In this document: positions 60,183 to 64,000 of the stretch, piece by piece
How the letters are laid out: every line of letters begins with the position of its first letter
Numbering within the stretch: the stretch's first letter is position 1
Assembly: GCF_947654275.1 (NCBI RefSeq)
Contig: NZ_CANTJS010000003.1
Coordinates: forward strand, 46,835-110,834
Reading direction: 5' to 3'
Source of the DNA: an uncultured Oscillibacter sp.
GTDB lineage: Bacteria; Bacillota; Clostridia; Oscillospirales; Oscillospiraceae
Length of the DNA: 64,000 nucleotides
The notes under the pieces: model-generated
Seen by the model: the letters and a program-made list of their open reading frames with translations, nothing else
Told to the model about the DNA's origin: nothing
Databases searched by the model: none
Program-made: the position numbers and the translations under genes

Positions 60183-60328
60183 TGATTGAAAGGCCGGATT
60201 GACCCGGCCTCCATGATTTGGTATAATATAGGAATCACCGCACTGACAACGTTCCCTGACTGTTTGACAAGCCCGGTTTTTCCAGGGGTTGCCCGGGGCC
60301 GGGGGAGCTGTAAAAAGGAGTTAAGTGT

Positions 60329-62242
60329 ATGAAAATTCTGTATGTGACCAGCGAAGCCGTTCCCTTCTGCAAAACCGGCGGGCTTGCGGATGTGGCGGGT
60401 TCCCTGCCTCCCGCCCTGGCGGAACAGGGCGCCGAGGTGGCTGTGATCCTGCCTCTGTACGACCGGGTCCGCGCCCGGTTCGGCGACAAGCTGAAATTCG
60501 AGTGCTATGATTACGTGGACATGGCCTGGCGGCACAGCTACTGCGGCCTGTTCTCTCTGGAGCAGGACGGCGTGACCTGGTATTTCCTGGACAATGAGCA
60601 GTACTTCAACCGGGGCGCGCTCTATGGCCAGGCCGACGACGGCGAGCGCTTCGGCTTCTTCTCCCGGGCCGTGGTCCGGATGCTGGACCACCTCAAATTC
60701 TGGCCCGAGGTGATTCACTGCAACGATTGGCAGTCCGCCCTGGTGCCTATCTACCTGAAGGACGACGGCGTTCGGGAAGACCGCTACCGCTCCATCCGGA
60801 CGGTGCTGACCATTCATAACATCGAGTATCAGGGCCGCTACAATCCCTTTGTCCTGGGGGACCTCTTCGGTCTGGATCACGGCTGGGCCGATGACGGCAC
60901 CATCCTGATGGACGGGGATGTGAACCTGCTCAAGGGCGCCATCCTCTGTTCCGACGCGGTGAACGCCGTGTCTCCCACCTATGCCAATGAGCTGAAAATG
61001 CCCTTCTTTGCCCACCGCATGGAAAGCATTATGCGCCGGTGCTCCAACAAGCTCTATGGCGTGCTCAACGGCATTGATATGAAGCTCTATGACCCCAGAA
61101 CCGACGGACACATCAAAAAGAACTTCTCTGCCGAGGATATGACCGGCAAGGACGAGTGCAAGGCCGAGCTCCAGAGGATGACGGGCCTGCGGCAGGAGCC
61201 CCACACGCCCATCGTGGCCATTGTCAGCCGTCTGGTGTCCCACAAGGGCCTGGACCTGATCTGCGAGGTGCTCCACGATATGATGGAGCTGCCCATTCAG
61301 ATGGTGGTTCTGGGCACCGGCGACCAGCGCTATGAGGAGTTCTTCCACTGGGCCGCCCAGCAGTATCCCGGCCGGATGTCCGTGAACCTGGACTATAACG
61401 AGGCGCTGTCCATGTCCATCTATGCCGGCGCGGACCTGTTCCTGATGCCCTCCAAGAGCGAGCCCTGCGGCCTGAGCCAGATGATCGCCATGCGCTACGG
61501 CACGGTGCCCATCGTCCGGGAGACCGGCGGCCTGCGGGACACCGTTCAGCCCTGCGAGTCCTGGCGGGACGCCGGCAACGGCTTCTCCTTCGCCAACTAC
61601 TCCAGCGGCGACATGCTCCACGTCATCCGGGAAGCCGTCTATCTCTACAAGGATTATCCCGACGTCTTCGGCCGTCTGCGCCAGCGTGCCATGTCCGGGG
61701 ACTTCAGCTGGGCCAGAAGCGCCCGGGAATATCTGCGGATTTATTCCACCATCACCGGCATTGAGTGGCCCGTCCGGAAGGACACGGTCCGGGTGGACAC
61801 CGCCCGGGGCGAGGAGGAAGCCCACCCTTTTGAGGAGGCCCCGGCCCCTGTAGAGGCCGCGCCCGTGGAGGAGACTCCCGTGGAGACCGCTCCCGTGGAA
61901 GAGACTCCTGTGGAGACCGCCCCCGTGGAAGAGACTCCTGTGGAGACCGCTCCCGTGGAAGAGACTCCTGTGGAGACCGCCCCCGTGGAAGAAGCCCCTG
62001 TAGAGACCGCCCCCGTGGAAGAGACTCCTGTGGAGACTGCCCCCGTGGAAGAGACTCCTGTGGAGACCGCTCCCGCGGAAGAAGCTCCCATAGAGACCGC
62101 TCCTGTGGAAGAAGCTCCCAAAAAGACCCGCAAGACCGCCAAATCCGCGGCGAAATCCGGGGAAAAGGCTTCCAAAAAGACCGGGAAAACCGGCGCAAAG
62201 TCCGCGAAGAAAGGAACCGCCAAGAAAAAAGCGGCGGAATAA
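60329..62242 (+). CDS. glgA: glycogen synthase with a repeat-built acidic linker and a Lys/Ala tail
   Basis: KTGGLADV, HCNDWQ, TIHNIEYQG, SRLVSHKG, EPCGL. Confidence 0.97.
   Translation: MKILYVTSEAVPFCKTGGLADVAGSLPPALAEQGAEVAVILPLYDRVRARFGDKLKFECYDYVDMAWRHSYCGLFSLEQDGVTWYFLDNEQYFNRGALYGQADDGERFGFFSRAVVRMLDHLKFWPEVIHCNDWQSALVPIYLKDDGVREDRYRSIRTVLTIHNIEYQGRYNPFVLGDLFGLDHGWADDGTILMDGDVNLLKGAILCSDAVNAVSPTYANELKMPFFAHRMESIMRRCSNKLYGVLNGIDMKLYDPRTDGHIKKNFSAEDMTGKDECKAELQRMTGLRQEPHTPIVAIVSRLVSHKGLDLICEVLHDMMELPIQMVVLGTGDQRYEEFFHWAAQQYPGRMSVNLDYNEALSMSIYAGADLFLMPSKSEPCGLSQMIAMRYGTVPIVRETGGLRDTVQPCESWRDAGNGFSFANYSSGDMLHVIREAVYLYKDYPDVFGRLRQRAMSGDFSWARSAREYLRIYSTITGIEWPVRKDTVRVDTARGEEEAHPFEEAPAPVEAAPVEETPVETAPVEETPVETAPVEETPVETAPVEETPVETAPVEEAPVETAPVEETPVETAPVEETPVETAPAEEAPIETAPVEEAPKKTRKTAKSAAKSGEKASKKTGKTGAKSAKKGTAKKKAAE
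61846..62120 (+). repeat. 30-bp tandem repeat (8 full plus 2 partial units) encoding PVEETPVETA
   Basis: Units read directly at 61861+30n. Confidence 0.95.
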
Positions 62243-62251
62243 GGTAGACGA

Positions 62252-64000
62252 ATGAGTACAGCATTTACGACGAAGACGCTGGAAGAGGCGCTGAACGCCA
62301 AGCTGATGACCAACTTCGGCAAAGCGCCGGAGGAGGCCACCGACGGCGAGATGATGCGGGCCAGTGCGCTGGTCCTGCGGGACGTGATGGCTCTGCGGGA
62401 GGTGGAGACCCGGAAAAAGACCCGCCAGAACAAGAAAAAGCAGGTCCATTACCTGTCCATGGAATTCCTGATGGGCCGGAGCCTGATGAAGAACGCCTAT
62501 AACCTGGGGGTCCTGCCCCAGCTGAAGGAAGCACTGGAGCATCTGGGGTTCAAGTCTGGAGACATCTTTGAGATGGAGCCTGACGCCGCCCTGGGCAACG
62601 GCGGTCTGGGCCGTCTGGCCGCCTGTTATCTGGATTCCATGACCACACTGGAGATTCCCGCCACCGGCTATTCCATCTGCTATGAGCTGGGACTGTTCAA
62701 GCAGAAGATTGTGGAGGGCCAGCAGGTGGAGCTTCCCGACCACTGGAAGGACCTGGGCGCCGCCTGGCTGCTGCCCAAGCCCGCCGAGGCACAGCAGGTC
62801 TCCTTTGGCGGCACCATTCGGGAGTTCTGGGCCGACGGCTACCTCCACACCGTCAACGAAAACGCCACCACCGTGCTGGCGGTGCCCTATGACATGGAGA
62901 TTGCCGGCTACGGCACCGACCATGTGAACGTCCTGCGTCTGTGGGACGCCCGGCCCACCAAGGCTATGGATATGAGCCTCTTCGGCCGGGGCGAGTACCT
63001 GAAGGCTGCCGAGGAACAGGCCATGGCCGAGGCCATTGCCAAGGTTCTCTATCCCGAGGACAACCACATGGAGGGCAAGTCCCTCCGGCTGAAACAGCAG
63101 TATTTCTTTGTCTCCGCCACCATCCAGTCCATCACCGCCAAGCATCTGGATACCTATGGAACACTGAAAAACTTCCATGAGAAAAACGTCATCCAGATCA
63201 ACGACACCCATCCCACTCTGGTGATTCCGGAGCTGATGCGGATTCTCATTGACGATACGGGCATGGACTGGGACGAGGCCTGGAGCATCACCACGCAGTC
63301 CGTGGCCTATACCAACCACACCGTTCTGGCCGAGGCGCTGGAGCGCTGGCCTCAGACCCTGATGGAGCGCCGCCTGCCCCGGATTTACCAGATTATCCAG
63401 GAGATTTCCGCCCGCTGGCAGAAAAAGGTCGAGGCCTATTACCACGACCCCGGCAAAACCCAGAACATGGCCATTATCTGGGACGGCGAGGTGCGGATGG
63501 CCAACCTCTGCATTGCCGGCGGCATGGCGGTCAACGGCGTCAGCGGCCTGCACTCCGACATTCTGAAGCAGGACGTGTTTAAAAACGCCTATCAGATGGA
63601 GCCCTGGAAGTTCCAGAACGTGACCAACGGCATCGATCACCGCCGCTGGCTCAGCGAGATCAACCCCGGTTTGGACGGACTCATCAAGGAGCTGACCGGC
63701 GGCGACGCCTACCTCTCCGACGCCTCCGTTCTCCAGAAGCTGGACGCCTACGCCGACGACAAGACCGTGCTGAAGCGGCTGGCGGAAATCAAATATGAGA
63801 ACAAGAAGGCCTTTGTGGCCCACGCCAAGAAGAGCCGGGGCGTGATTCTGAACCCCGACGCCATTTTCGATGTGCAGTCCAAGCGTCTCCACGAGTACAA
63901 GCGGCAGCTGCTGAACGTGCTGCACATCATCGCCCTGTATCAGCGTCTCCAGGACGAACCCGGCTTCATTCAGCAGCCCCGGGCCTTCCTCTTCGGAGCC
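62252..64000 (+). CDS. glgP: glycogen/starch phosphorylase, 3' end outside the window
   Basis: YLSMEFLMGR, LGNGGLGRLAAC, LYPED, LKQQY, INDTHP, YTNHT, VNGVS, KRLHEYKRQ. Confidence 0.97.
   Translation, partial: MSTAFTTKTLEEALNAKLMTNFGKAPEEATDGEMMRASALVLRDVMALREVETRKKTRQNKKKQVHYLSMEFLMGRSLMKNAYNLGVLPQLKEALEHLGFKSGDIFEMEPDAALGNGGLGRLAACYLDSMTTLEIPATGYSICYELGLFKQKIVEGQQVELPDHWKDLGAAWLLPKPAEAQQVSFGGTIREFWADGYLHTVNENATTVLAVPYDMEIAGYGTDHVNVLRLWDARPTKAMDMSLFGRGEYLKAAEEQAMAEAIAKVLYPEDNHMEGKSLRLKQQYFFVSATIQSITAKHLDTYGTLKNFHEKNVIQINDTHPTLVIPELMRILIDDTGMDWDEAWSITTQSVAYTNHTVLAEALERWPQTLMERRLPRIYQIIQEISARWQKKVEAYYHDPGKTQNMAIIWDGEVRMANLCIAGGMAVNGVSGLHSDILKQDVFKNAYQMEPWKFQNVTNGIDHRRWLSEINPGLDGLIKELTGGDAYLSDASVLQKLDAYADDKTVLKRLAEIKYENKKAFVAHAKKSRGVILNPDAIFDVQSKRLHEYKRQLLNVLHIIALYQRLQDEPGFIQQPRAFLFGA

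Overview
A GC-rich chromosomal window from a Clostridia-class gut bacterium, probably Oscillospiraceae (inferred from gene order, GC-rich coding and intergenic repeats). The housekeeping backbone is ybaB-dnaX-ffs, gap, an EF-G paralog, rplU-prp-rpmA...obgE, birA, comEC-holA, CIRCE-groES-groEL, glnS and a glgB-glgC-glgD-glgA-glgP cluster cut by the right edge. Many small accessory insertions interrupt it. I saw no rRNA, tRNA, CRISPR array, transposase or integrase. The features the gene list does not explain are: (1) a small CxxC gene flanked by two 66-bp structured direct repeats, like a cassette; (2) a perfect 25-bp inverted repeat built from AGGAAT(T/G) heptamers bracketing dnaX-ybaB; (3) an overlapping sense/antisense non-coding pair upstream of an S-layer gene; (4) multi-hairpin intergenic elements with compensatory base changes; (5) a TetM-like GTPase fused to a YacP/Rae1-type NYN nuclease, plus an EF-G paralog lacking the catalytic His; (6) seven XRE/Cro-type HTH genes, several with visible operators; (7) repeat-built charged tails on GlgB and GlgA; (8) an 11-unit octamer tandem repeat in the rplU leader and a 367-bp tandem duplication in an lspA-like gene. 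All family calls come from manual motif reading; no database search was run.
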